Part shown: positions 51,057-61,085 of the stretch, in pieces | How positions within the stretch are numbered: the first letter of the stretch is position 1 | Layout: each line of letters opens with the position of its first letter | Assembly (NCBI GenBank): GCA_913062815.1 | Contig: CAJXWZ010000003.1 | Span: forward strand, 39,919 to 103,918 | Length of the DNA: 64,000 nt | DNA from: an uncultured Colwellia sp. | GTDB taxonomy: Bacteria; Pseudomonadota; Gammaproteobacteria; Enterobacterales; Alteromonadaceae | Direction of reading: 5' to 3' | Notes under the pieces: model-generated | What the model was told of the DNA's origin: nothing | The model's input: only the letters and a program-made list of their open reading frames with translations | Database searches by the model: none | Program-made: the position numbers and the translations under genes

Positions 51057-52157
51057 TTACTTTTTAATAATCAGCTTCTTAATGCTGGTTAGGATTTCTC
51101 GACGAACATGACCTAATTTAGGTTTATCGTCAAAAGGAATGGGACGGCATAACTGCATAGTTTTAATTCCCAGCCGCGCGGTTAGCATACCGGCACCTAA
51201 ACCCTGTGCTAATCTCCCTGAGAGCTTCCCAAGTAAATCAGCGCCTATCATTTCACTGCCAAAATCGGCGACTAATTCACTTGCACCTGCATATACCATG
51301 TTTACAAATACTTGTCGTATCAGCTTTATACGGCTCCAATAACCTAACTTCAACCCATATAAACCAGCAATTTTATTGATCATCCGCAAATTACGCCACA
51401 AGATAATGAGCATATCAATAATTGCCACTGGGCTAAGCGCAACGAGCACAACCGCTTCGGTTGAAAAACGCGCTATTTCTGTCATCGCTTTTTCGTCAAC
51501 TTTACTTAACACCAAGCGAGAATAAAGTTGTAATAACTCAGTATCTGAGTGTTGATCGTTTAATGCCTCTTGCCAAGCGTGCTCTTGCTCAGTAATTAAA
51601 TCACAAGGTAGGCTAGTAGTAATTTTATTACAAAAGCTTTCAACATCTGCTTTAGAAGAATCTTTTGAAAACTCTACACCCGCAAGTAATTCACCTGCTT
51701 GGATTTTTAACTCTTCACGACGCTTAAATTGTCTCAAGGTCGACCATTCACTATATATATTAGATGATGCTATTATCGCTAAACAAGACAATATAACCGC
51801 ATAAATACTGGTAATAATAGGAGATTGAGTAAAACCACTTAAGAAAAACTCCACTGCTTCAATGCTAACCACCAATGCAAATAAAGACAATGCGACCCGC
51901 CATAACCAACGGGGACGTTTTTTTATTTCATTTGTGCGGCTAGTTACTTGGTCTTTTACTGCTTGTTCTGCTGAAACAGCCGGAAATTCAGTTGCTTCAT
52001 CTAATGGTAAGTAATCTTGATTATCGAAAATAACTTGCTTACCGTCATGGCTTGCTTTGACCTTGTTAGTAACTTGTTGGTTGGCTAAGTCAGTTTCTGA
52101 AAATAAGATCTGCTGCTGGTGATCTACACCTTCACTTTTATCGTTACCCTTACTCAT
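51057..52157 (-). CDS. ycjF: YcjF family membrane protein
   Basis: ALSPVAIIDM, QGLGAGMLTARLG, LCRPIPF. Confidence 0.92.
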   Translation of the reverse strand: MSKGNDKSEGVDHQQQILFSETDLANQQVTNKVKASHDGKQVIFDNQDYLPLDEATEFPAVSAEQAVKDQVTSRTNEIKKRPRWLWRVALSLFALVVSIEAVEFFLSGFTQSPIITSIYAVILSCLAIIASSNIYSEWSTLRQFKRREELKIQAGELLAGVEFSKDSSKADVESFCNKITTSLPCDLITEQEHAWQEALNDQHSDTELLQLYSRLVLSKVDEKAMTEIARFSTEAVVLVALSPVAIIDMLIILWRNLRMINKIAGLYGLKLGYWSRIKLIRQVFVNMVYAGASELVADFGSEMIGADLLGKLSGRLAQGLGAGMLTARLGIKTMQLCRPIPFDDKPKLGHVRREILTSIKKLIIKK

Positions 52158-53596
52158 ATCATTTTATCCGCTAACAAAAATTGTAATACTTGATCCATCC
52201 GTATATGAGGCAACGCCTGATGTTTTGACATGCCACTCATAGGAGAAAAATTTATAAAGTTAAATGCACTTTGTTGCCAAAAGGCTTTATTTGGCAACTT
52301 ATCAGGTACAGAGCCTGGAAATAAGGTGATTTTTTCAGCTACTCGTTGTTTATTATCAATGGTGTGACCTTGAACAACCGACACTTGTTGTCCTTGATGG
52401 AGGCTTTTTCCTGTGTTTGTGCTTTTTACAGAGGCAATTGCCAGTGTTTTCATTTCGACGGCTTCAAAATTTAGTTGATGCTTACTTTGAAAGATTAATT
52501 GATTTAACAAAGAAACCATAGGTGCATGTTGCTCAGCCGTAACATGATCAGCTTTAGTCGCGGCAAATAATAACTTATCAATCTTAGGTGAAAATAAACG
52601 AGAAAATAAACCAGACTTGCCGTAACTATAACTTTCTAGGATCATATCAATAGCCAATTGCAAATCAGCAAAACTTTCTGGTCCGCTGTTTTCTGAGCAC
52701 GCATTAAGTGGTGATAAGCAATCTGCTAAAACGATTTGTCTGTCAAAACGAGAAAAATGCTGTTTATAGAATTTTTTTACTACTTGTTCTTTGTACTCAA
52801 TAAAACGTGATCTTAACATGCCAATTAAACTATCATCACTGGCGTTTTGATAGTCATTGCCATCAATATTTTTTAAATTTGGAAAAGGAAAGAACTCTAA
52901 AATTGGCGCACCCGCTAGCTCTGCAGGTAAGATAAAACGCCCTGGTTGAATGACACTAAGCCCTAATTTATAGCGAAAAGTATGTAGTAGTGCAGTATAT
53001 TCTTTCGACAATTGCGCCAGTAATTCTTCATTCGTGGCAGCAAAGGGGTCAATACTTGCCACTTTTTCTAAAAAGGCGTTTGCATATTTATCACGTGGTG
53101 CTGAAGTCAATAAGGCATGTGTTTGCTCAGACCATTGTTCATAGGTTTGCTTGAGCATAGGCAAATCGAGTAACCACTCACCAGGGTAGTCGGTAATATC
53201 TAGGGTGAGTGTTGCCATATCTGCAGCATATCTTAACAATGAACTAGTCGGCTGATAACGAATAGCAAGGCGTAATTCGCTAATACCGTGAGTTGGCTCT
53301 GGCCAAGCCACAGGTTCTGTGGTGAGGGATGTGATAGCTTTGTCATAGTCAAAACGTGGTATGGACAAGTTTTTCTGAGCGACTCTTTTCGCGGCAATAA
53401 AGTTACCGTGATGAACGGGATCAAAAAAGCTTAATTTACTGCCGTTACCTTCGGTTATCAACTGATTGACAAGAGACGTTATAAAAGCGGTTTTACCACT
53501 TCTACTCAACCCAGTAACCGCTAAATGAATATGCTTATCTAAGGTGCGGTTTACAATATCACTCGCTTTATTTTTTAATTTTTCTAGGCGCTTGAT
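52154..53596 (-). CDS. ycjX: YcjX family P-loop NTPase; start probably non-canonical (ATC at 53596)
   Basis: Walker A AVTGLSRSGKT; DYPGEWLLDL; ATKADH. The track start at 53509 lies inside the P-loop; the frame is open up to TAA at 53647-53645 with no other ATG/GTG/TTG. Confidence 0.88.
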   Translation of the reverse strand: MKRLEKLKNKASDIVNRTLDKHIHLAVTGLSRSGKTAFITSLVNQLITEGNGSKLSFFDPVHHGNFIAAKRVAQKNLSIPRFDYDKAITSLTTEPVAWPEPTHGISELRLAIRYQPTSSLLRYAADMATLTLDITDYPGEWLLDLPMLKQTYEQWSEQTHALLTSAPRDKYANAFLEKVASIDPFAATNEELLAQLSKEYTALLHTFRYKLGLSVIQPGRFILPAELAGAPILEFFPFPNLKNIDGNDYQNASDDSLIGMLRSRFIEYKEQVVKKFYKQHFSRFDRQIVLADCLSPLNACSENSGPESFADLQLAIDMILESYSYGKSGLFSRLFSPKIDKLLFAATKADHVTAEQHAPMVSLLNQLIFQSKHQLNFEAVEMKTLAIASVKSTNTGKSLHQGQQVSVVQGHTIDNKQRVAEKITLFPGSVPDKLPNKAFWQQSAFNFINFSPMSGMSKHQALPHIRMDQVLQFLLADKMI

Positions 53597-53923
53597 AAAA
53601 CTACTCCGTGAATCTCTAAGCTCAATGGGGTTACCAAAACTAGCTTATATATCGACAAAAATTATGATTTATTTGCGCTAAGTTTTTGTAATAGAACTAA
53701 TGCAACATTAAACCCTTTAGATAATTTTGCCATAGCGCAACTAAAGTTTCTACTGGAATACTAGTTAAATAACAGCTAAATGAATGTTTACTTGCCGTTC
53801 TTAAGCTTTTGGATAGAGAGGGGTACAGTATCAATAATTAATTATGGCATTGCGTAAGTTACTTGTTTCAATATGCGCTTTTGCCATCGTTAAATAAGCT
53901 TTTTTTGATAAGCAACGAGTTGC

Positions 53924-53960
53924 TATAGACCAAAAGAACTATTGTTCGTTTTGGTCTATA
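53924..53960 (-). terminator. Long hairpin just after the halogenase stop
   Basis: TATAGACCAAAA-GAAC / GTTC-g-TTTTGGTCTATA, 16 bp with one bulge; no adjacent U tract. Confidence 0.5.
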
Positions 53961-53971
53961 CATTTATACTT

Positions 53972-55486
53972 TTAGATGCCTTTAATATAACTTTGATGAC
54001 TGCCTGATACTTTTACTGCACCTTGACGTATTTTCTGCATTTGTTGCAGTACTTGCTTACTTCTTTGTGAAGGAATATCACTTTCTTTACTAAGGGTCTC
54101 ATGCGCTAAGCTATTTAAGCCTGCTAAAATATACATATAGTTTGGTGCGCTAAACAAGCCAATTTCTTTTAAATCGGAATGAGACGGTAACTTATGCTTC
54201 CATAGTGCTAGTTGATGTTGCAATGAATCAGATATCTTTGATTCATGCTTCATATGGCGCCAAAAATCAGTGTCTTCTCTTGCTGTTAAACAATAATGTG
54301 CAACAATAAAATCTTTTGAGTCTTCATACTTTGCAGCTAACACTTGGTTAAATTGCTTTTGAAGCGCAGCATAATTATTAACCGAAGGGAAATAGTCTAC
54401 AAATAATTCTAACGCGACTTGAATGAACTGCAAGCCTGTTGATTCTAGTGGCTCTAAAAAGCCACTTGATAAGCCAACTGCAAGACAGTTCTTAGACCAA
54501 GAGTTTTCTCTTCGCCCTACGCGCATCTTTAATTTCTTAGCGGTAAGTCCGTTCGCTGACTCCCCTAAATGCTGCCTTAATTCAGACTCAGCCTGATCAA
54601 ATGATTGAAATTTATCTGAGAATACATAACCATTACCTTTTCGGCTAGAAAGGCCTATTTCCCATATCCAGCCAGCGCTTTTTGCGGTAGCCGTGGTGAA
54701 AGGAGGTGGGAAGCTACTTTCATCAGTGTAAGGGGTTTGTATTGCCACAGCGCTATTACATGGCAGTTCATCTTCATATGAAATGAATTTTTCTTTTAAC
54801 GTTTTCTCAATTAATAAGCTACTAAAGCCAGTACAGTCAATAAAGAAGTCTGCAGTATGTTCTCCAGCATTAGCGGTATTAACAGAGGTTATTTCACCTC
54901 GGTCATTTTGATTCACCGCGGTAACAGTATCTTCGACTCTGACAACACCACGTTCAATCGACTTCTTTCTTAAATAGGAAGCCATTAGTACCGCATCTAA
55001 ATGATAGGCATAGAGTGTATTTGCGCTGTAATCTTTTGCTTGGCTGGCATTGGTGACTTTTTGTGCGTCACATAGATCAGGTATTACCCCTGTTGCATTG
55101 GCAAATTTTTCCACTGTATTGCCTTTGATTTTCTCAGCAGCCCAATGCGCAGAAACTTCAATGCCATCAGAATATAGTGGTGCTTCGAATGGATGGTAGT
55201 AACTATCACCCTCACCTCTGTCGAACCAATCGACAAATTTTATCGCAGATTTAATGGTCGCATTGGTTTCACGAATCAGCTCTTTCTCTGGCAGTCCTAT
55301 TTTCTGAAAAAAATTTCGAATGGTTGGTACCGTTGCTTCACCAACACCGATGGTTTCTATATCTGGCGATTCAATTACTGTAATGCTAATACCTGATTCA
55401 GCCATCAGCACCTTATTTAAATAACTTGCTGCCATCCAACCAGAACTACCACCACCGACGATGATAATTGACTTTATTTTTTTCAT
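53972..55486 (-). CDS. Flavin-dependent halogenase (tryptophan halogenase family)
   Basis: Start MKKIK at 55486 (GGAG SD); GGGSSG, GVGEAT, ATIK (catalytic Lys position), WIWEIG, GFLEPLESTG. Confidence 0.88.
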   Translation of the reverse strand: MKKIKSIIIVGGGSSGWMAASYLNKVLMAESGISITVIESPDIETIGVGEATVPTIRNFFQKIGLPEKELIRETNATIKSAIKFVDWFDRGEGDSYYHPFEAPLYSDGIEVSAHWAAEKIKGNTVEKFANATGVIPDLCDAQKVTNASQAKDYSANTLYAYHLDAVLMASYLRKKSIERGVVRVEDTVTAVNQNDRGEITSVNTANAGEHTADFFIDCTGFSSLLIEKTLKEKFISYEDELPCNSAVAIQTPYTDESSFPPPFTTATAKSAGWIWEIGLSSRKGNGYVFSDKFQSFDQAESELRQHLGESANGLTAKKLKMRVGRRENSWSKNCLAVGLSSGFLEPLESTGLQFIQVALELFVDYFPSVNNYAALQKQFNQVLAAKYEDSKDFIVAHYCLTAREDTDFWRHMKHESKISDSLQHQLALWKHKLPSHSDLKEIGLFSAPNYMYILAGLNSLAHETLSKESDIPSQRSKQVLQQMQKIRQGAVKVSGSHQSYIKGI

Positions 55487-55555
55487 TGTTACTTCTCCGT
55501 TTACTGCCATATATATATAACTGAACATATAACTTTATCATTGATTTATATAGTT

Positions 55556-56485
55556 TTAATTACTTTGTAATTCAGGCTTCATACCCATTATTTGGTGGGC
55601 TAAAATTGTGCCATCTTTTTGCGTTAGGGTATTACAAGCCGTGATTTGAAGTCCGTTCTTTTTACAAAGTTCAAGTAATTTATTTTTTTGAGTTTCGTTT
55701 AAAGAAGCCTTTTTCAAATCATTTAAACGCAATATCAAACCAGCCATTTCATTGCCAAACTGCTCAACAATACGCTTTTTTTCAACGACTGAGCGCTTTG
55801 AAAATATATTTTTTAAAAACTGAGGGAAATTCGTTGCATATAAAGAAGCGTCGTCAATGTTGGAAAGTTCAGCCAACTGGCCATTTAAATTATTTCTTGT
55901 TACTTCTCTTTCATGATGTGCGTCAGCTGTATTATTAGATAGTAATTCTATTAATACCATGCAGGTTTTATATGGCCCGTCATGAGTCATTATTTTTTCT
56001 GCCGCCGCTAAAATGCCATTATTAGGCTTTACAATGCTTGACTGTTCATGATGGCACACTAACTGGAAAGTGCCGTTAAACTTTAATACTCTTGCTATTT
56101 CTGCAACAGACTTAGTCAAATCTGTATATTCTATGGCGAATTGTGACGTCACCATATTATAGCTTTCAGTTTCAAAAGGTAAATTTTCAACTGAAACATG
56201 CTCTTTAAAGCTGGCATTGGTGCTTTCAAGTAACTGCTGATTGTTAATATTTAATTTAGCATAATCTATACCGACAAACTGACAACCCGCTTTATTATGC
56301 GCTAATGCTAAAGCCACCACAGCACCGTTCCCAGTACCTATGTCTAATACTCTATCTTCTTCACTGAGTTGTACAAAAAAGCCATCCCAAACTGCTTTTA
56401 ATTCTCCTTCATAATTGTCTTTAATGTCTTCACCAAACGAGGTTAAGTGACCTTGTTGCCAATATTGGCTCCAATAATTACTCAT
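55556..56485 (-). CDS. Class I SAM-dependent methyltransferase
   Basis: 309 aa; VLDIGTGNG, VTSQFAIEY; N-terminal YWSQYWQQGHLTSF. Confidence 0.85.
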   Translation of the reverse strand: MSNYWSQYWQQGHLTSFGEDIKDNYEGELKAVWDGFFVQLSEEDRVLDIGTGNGAVVALALAHNKAGCQFVGIDYAKLNINNQQLLESTNASFKEHVSVENLPFETESYNMVTSQFAIEYTDLTKSVAEIARVLKFNGTFQLVCHHEQSSIVKPNNGILAAAEKIMTHDGPYKTCMVLIELLSNNTADAHHEREVTRNNLNGQLAELSNIDDASLYATNFPQFLKNIFSKRSVVEKKRIVEQFGNEMAGLILRLNDLKKASLNETQKNKLLELCKKNGLQITACNTLTQKDGTILAHQIMGMKPELQSN

Positions 56486-56520
56486 ACTCTAATGTACCTC
56501 ATTACTTTTAAATATCATGC

Positions 56521-56554
56521 AAAAATAAAGGCTGAAACCATAGGTTTCAGCCTT
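56521..56554 (-). terminator. Intrinsic terminator after the TonB receptor
   Basis: AAGGCTGAAACC/GGTTTCAGCCTT 12-bp stem, then TATTTTT on the minus strand. Confidence 0.8.
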
Positions 56555-56584
56555 CAATATTACGCTTTACTTATTAAATTAACT

Positions 56585-59206
56585 TTAGAAGCTAATTGAG
56601 TAAGCGATACGGTATTCACGACCAAAGTTGTTATATAAGTCGTAGTAATCACGGTCAAATGTACCAGCTGAAGTCAAGATTGGATCTTCATCTGTAGCAT
56701 TGTTCACTGTTAAAGTAACAGCGCCTAAATCGCCTGCATTATAAGTATAAGTTAGGTTATGGATAGTCCATGAATCTAAGTTACCGTCTGGAGTTAAGAT
56801 ACCAGCATCGTTAGGTGCTTCAGTTTCAGAAGTAGAACCAGTGTAGTTAACATTCCAAGCAACACTATGATCATCCATAGACCAGCCTAAAGTAGCTACG
56901 GCTTTGTGCTCAGGTTGTAAAGACCAACCAGCGGTGTCATAAATAACACCGCCACGCTCTTCACTGTATTCTAAAATAAAGCTGTTAGTCATGTTAAAGC
57001 TAATATCACCAAAGCTAGTTTGGAATAAAGAGTTAAAGCTAACATCTAAACCTTCAATACCAAAACCAATACCGTTAAAGTAACCAGTACCCGCTTCTAA
57101 TAAACGACCAGTTGCAGCACGTTGTAAGTAGAATGTTTCATTTGAAACGTCTACTTCTGGACCAACAGCGGTAACTTTACCAGCAGCTTCGTCAGATAAA
57201 AGATCTTGAACTGTTTTAGTTTGGATAACGTTATCTATTTGTAGGTCGAAGTAATCAACTTTAAAGCCGATATCTTCAGTTACATCCCAAGCCACACCTA
57301 GGTTTAAGTACTCAGATGTTTCAGGACCTAGATCTGAGTTAGATTTGTAGTATGTATTTACTTGGCTTGAAGTCGTTTGACCTTGAGCATAATCGATTGC
57401 ATCTTCAGCACTGAATGAAGTAGCAGCGTGTAATTCATCTAAACCTGGCGCACGGAATGCTTCAGAGTATGATGCACGTACAACTATAGTTTCATTTGCT
57501 TGCCAACGAACAGAAACTTTAGGTGCTACGTTGTCACCAAAATCAGAGTAGTCATCGTAACGAGCAGCAATGTTCACTTCAACTTCGTCTGTTACTGGTA
57601 ATGCAGCTTCCCAGAAGAAAGCGGTAATATCACGGTCGCCTGCCGCAGAGTTACCTGCTGAGCCACCAACTAAGCCAGCTTCAGATTGACCGTCATAAAT
57701 ATCTGCATAACTTTGTTCCATGTACTCAGCACCGAAGTAATGAGCAATGTCACCACCAGGTAATGAACCAAGGTCAAAACCGATACCTGCATAGTATTGA
57801 GCGAAATTAGAGCGAGACTGTTGAAGCGTAGTTGCTTTTAAGTTAGCAATACCTTCTTCTGAGCCTAAATCAATATCATTTGCAATATTGTGTGCTAAAC
57901 CACCTTTACTTTGGTAGAACTCACCAATAGATAAGTTATCCGCTTTATTTACGTGGTAGTAAACTTCCCAAGAAGCATTATTCCAATCTAAATCGCCACG
58001 TAAACCCATTAGTAAATCTTGGCTGGTATCTTCGATGTTACCATCACGAGTACCAATACCAACCCAACGGAATAAACCGCGAGCTTCTTCGTCATATGGG
58101 TTAGCTGGGTTGTCAGCAGACATACCGTCCCACCATGCAGCTGGCGGCGCATAACGACCAAATGAATCGTTTTTAACGAACATTGCACGGCCAAACCATT
58201 CAACGTCTTCAGATACTTCATAGTTTGCATCAACAAACAAAGTATTACGGTCAACAGATGCTTTGTTATAAGATACGTTTGCGTAAGCATACATACAGTA
58301 TTCTGAACCTGGACCCCAATCGTCATCAGCAGCAACACGTTGGAAAGTATCACTACCGTATTCAGCAATTAAACCATCACAAAGTGGAGAAACTTGAGTT
58401 TCAGAGAAATCAGGCGCGGCAACTGTAGCACCAAAAATTGACCAACCGTCAGTTTCAGTATAAGCCTGGATAACACCATCGCCATTTACATCAGTCATTT
58501 TAGCTTTTGTAAAGTCACGATCGCCGTCTGCAATACCTTTACGTTTCTGATGATCGAAACTGAAAGTGATATTACCTTTATCTGTTGAGTAACCACCCGT
58601 TACAGAGAATTCACTTGAAGTAGTACCTTCATCACGGTCACGATGACCAGCACCTACGTTAAATTGTAGACCTTCATAGTTCTTCTTCATGATGATGTTA
58701 ACAACACCAGCAATAGCGTCAGAACCGTAAGTTGAAGAAGCACCATCTGTTAAGATTTCGATACGTTCAACAGCAGCCATTGGAATTGAGTTCAAGTTAG
58801 CTGATTGACCACCAAGAGTTGGTGAACCAGGCAAACGCTTACCGTCTAACAATACGAGAGTACGGTTATCACCAGCACCACGTAAGTTAATTGTTGCTTG
58901 TGATTGAGCTGAACTACCTGAACGTTCTGAGAAAGAACCAAAAGAGTTTAAGTTACTGTTACGAAGTGCATCAGCAACAGTAAAGTTACCTTCAATTTTC
59001 ATATCTGCAGCAGTCATTACGGTAACAGGTGAAGCGCCTTCTAAATCAGAACGCTTGATACGAGAACCAGTTACTTCAATACGTTCTACTTCTTCAGCAG
59101 ATTCTTCTTCAGCTGAGAATGCTGATGTTGAAACAGATGCGGTTGCAGCTGCGCCGAACATCATGGCTAGGCGGATGGCCTTAGCTACTTTGCTATTGTT
59201 ATACAT
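56585..59206 (-). CDS. TonB-dependent receptor
   Basis: Start MYNNSK at 59206 (AGGGAG SD); IEVTGSRI TonB box, RTLVLLDGKR, YGSDAIAGVVNII, C-terminal YRIAYSISF. Confidence 0.95.
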   Translation of the reverse strand: MYNNSKVAKAIRLAMMFGAAATASVSTSAFSAEEESAEEVERIEVTGSRIKRSDLEGASPVTVMTAADMKIEGNFTVADALRNSNLNSFGSFSERSGSSAQSQATINLRGAGDNRTLVLLDGKRLPGSPTLGGQSANLNSIPMAAVERIEILTDGASSTYGSDAIAGVVNIIMKKNYEGLQFNVGAGHRDRDEGTTSSEFSVTGGYSTDKGNITFSFDHQKRKGIADGDRDFTKAKMTDVNGDGVIQAYTETDGWSIFGATVAAPDFSETQVSPLCDGLIAEYGSDTFQRVAADDDWGPGSEYCMYAYANVSYNKASVDRNTLFVDANYEVSEDVEWFGRAMFVKNDSFGRYAPPAAWWDGMSADNPANPYDEEARGLFRWVGIGTRDGNIEDTSQDLLMGLRGDLDWNNASWEVYYHVNKADNLSIGEFYQSKGGLAHNIANDIDLGSEEGIANLKATTLQQSRSNFAQYYAGIGFDLGSLPGGDIAHYFGAEYMEQSYADIYDGQSEAGLVGGSAGNSAAGDRDITAFFWEAALPVTDEVEVNIAARYDDYSDFGDNVAPKVSVRWQANETIVVRASYSEAFRAPGLDELHAATSFSAEDAIDYAQGQTTSSQVNTYYKSNSDLGPETSEYLNLGVAWDVTEDIGFKVDYFDLQIDNVIQTKTVQDLLSDEAAGKVTAVGPEVDVSNETFYLQRAATGRLLEAGTGYFNGIGFGIEGLDVSFNSLFQTSFGDISFNMTNSFILEYSEERGGVIYDTAGWSLQPEHKAVATLGWSMDDHSVAWNVNYTGSTSETEAPNDAGILTPDGNLDSWTIHNLTYTYNAGDLGAVTLTVNNATDEDPILTSAGTFDRDYYDLYNNFGREYRIAYSISF

Positions 59207-59569
59207 GTTTACTCCCTGGATCACATTTGTGATTGGTTGTTATTTATTTGTTTATTTGGTCGTCTCGAAGCTATATTGCCTCGTAAACTTTTTTGAACGG
59301 GTCTAGTGACCTGATCTGTCCTTTACGATATTAAACGGGATCAACACTTACCGTCAACACCATTTATAACCATTTGGTAATATTTTTAACAACTAGACAT
59401 ATTAAGTAACATTTTGACAAACTTTTTTTTCTCAAAAATAAACCAGTAACCACTTGAAATAAAAGCATTTAATCAAAACAAAAACTAAAAAACTGCCTTT
59501 GAAAACTTTCATTAAAAAGATCAATTACTTTTTCTTTTAATTACATATTGTATATTCTACCAATAAAAT

Positions 59570-59596
59570 AAACATCAACATAACAATAACTTAACA
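59570..59596. promoter_or_regulatory. 11-bp-periodic direct repeats, ArcA-box-like
   Basis: AAACA-N6-TAACA-N6-TAACA (minus strand GTTAAGTTATTGTTA). Confidence 0.35.
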
Positions 59597-59864
59597 ATAA
59601 CACCGTTAATTCTTCTCCTAGACTTCTCTTAGTACCCTTAATATGAACAAGAAAAATATTTTATATAAAACAACGCGTTAGTCACAAGTTTAACCTTTAC
59701 GTAAACATAAGATGACAATTTCAACTATTTTTAAAATAGCTTTTTATCAAGTATTGGCATTGCAAAGCAGAATTTGCGTAAAACTGCATAACTTTACCTA
59801 ACTGCTTTTCTAAGATGTTATAGTTGGCCTCTATTTTTGTATATTCTATCAGTTTGGTTAAATA

Positions 59865-60497
59865 ATGAACTCTATTGAGCGTTTGTCTGTTTTATTGAAG
59901 GAACTTGACATAAAGGCTAAAAAAATCGACTTAAAAAATAGCCAGATTAAAGCTCACCAGTTAATTGAAAATAACAATCTATTTTCTAGTGCGCTATTTG
60001 TCTGTCAAAGTGATAGATTTACACCTTATACCTTAGAAATTCAGCGCAGGATTTCTGAGTTATCACGATTAATAACAGCAAAAAAAATCGAGTTATCTAA
60101 AATACTATTGCAACAAATAGAACAACAAATTGCAGCTCTATCCAACGCGTTACACGCCAATTCTGTTATGCATCAAGCAGCTAAGTTAAGTTTTGATGCT
60201 AATAGCAAGGTGCGTATTCGCAGAGCAAAAGCTAAACAAACTGATAAGTACAAGGCCTTCACTCAACATATTACCCAAACGAGTCACCAACTTTACCAAA
60301 AGTTATCTGAACATCACGAATTTGAACGGCGTTTGATGGATATGCTCACCCAAAGAGAAATCGCTAGGACAACATGTAAAACTAATGAAAGCGCCAAAAT
60401 TTCAAATGAGGTATTGGCTTTACATCAGCGCCTTGGTCGATGTCGTAAAGCCATTTCATCTATAGAGCGTAATATTGAGTTAGTTGAAAAGCGTTAA
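59865..60497 (+). CDS. priC: PriC-like primosomal protein
   Basis: 210 aa helical; LYQKLSEHHEFERRL, QRLGRCRKAISSIE. Confidence 0.72.
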   Translation: MNSIERLSVLLKELDIKAKKIDLKNSQIKAHQLIENNNLFSSALFVCQSDRFTPYTLEIQRRISELSRLITAKKIELSKILLQQIEQQIAALSNALHANSVMHQAAKLSFDANSKVRIRRAKAKQTDKYKAFTQHITQTSHQLYQKLSEHHEFERRLMDMLTQREIARTTCKTNESAKISNEVLALHQRLGRCRKAISSIERNIELVEKR

Positions 60498-60585
60498 AAT
60501 TTAAAGAATTAAATTAGCATTTTCATAAATCTCAGGTTAATCTTTATTTATCGTTCGCTCTTTAGACTTAAAGGAATATTAGCCC

Positions 60586-60855
60586 ATGAAAATATCTGAT
60601 GATATCCATAACTATTATGAAAAATTAGTAATGCAACACTTCGCTACGGCAAAATTTGATGAGAAATATGGTGAAGACTTTATAGCCGATTTAACTTGTG
60701 TGGTATTAAATCAGTTACCGACTCGCTATATACGTCATGAAGTTGATATGGCCTTTTATTTACCAGCATCTGAGCGCTTTGAAATGGAAACCAAAGTCAA
60801 AAAAGCGATTAATAAAGCTATTGAATTTATGAAGTTACATCGCGCTACAAGCTAG
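60586..60855 (+). CDS. ComFB family protein
   Basis: 89 aa; HNYYEKLV, DLTCVVLNQLPTRY. Confidence 0.85.
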   Translation: MKISDDIHNYYEKLVMQHFATAKFDEKYGEDFIADLTCVVLNQLPTRYIRHEVDMAFYLPASERFEMETKVKKAINKAIEFMKLHRATS

Positions 60856-60887
60856 GACGACGAATCTTATATTGAAATAAAGAGGTT

Positions 60888-61001
60888 GGGTGGCAACCCT
60901 AATAGCCACACCTCGGCACATGAGTCGTCTGCTGCGGTTGCTTCCTTCCGGACCTGGCCGAGTTCACAGAGTATCATTGCGAGGGGACCAAAAGGGTCAC
61001 C
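60888..61001 (-). ncRNA. ffs: Signal recognition particle 4.5S RNA
   Basis: Minus strand GGTGACCC...CAGGTCCGGAAGGAAGCAAC...GGGTTGCCACC; conserved helix-8 motif, paired ends, ~114 nt. Confidence 0.96.
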
Positions 61002-61029
61002 ATAATGCGCTTATTGCTAAGCGGCGCGA

Positions 61030-61058
61030 ATTATCGCTAATCCATACGGTAGATGCAA
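61030..61058 (-). promoter_or_regulatory. sigma70 promoter of ffs
   Basis: TTGCAT, 17 nt, GATAAT, then GC-rich TCGCGCCGC. Confidence 0.7.
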
Positions 61059-61085
61059 GTACTAGTTAGTTATTTTGACATTCGT

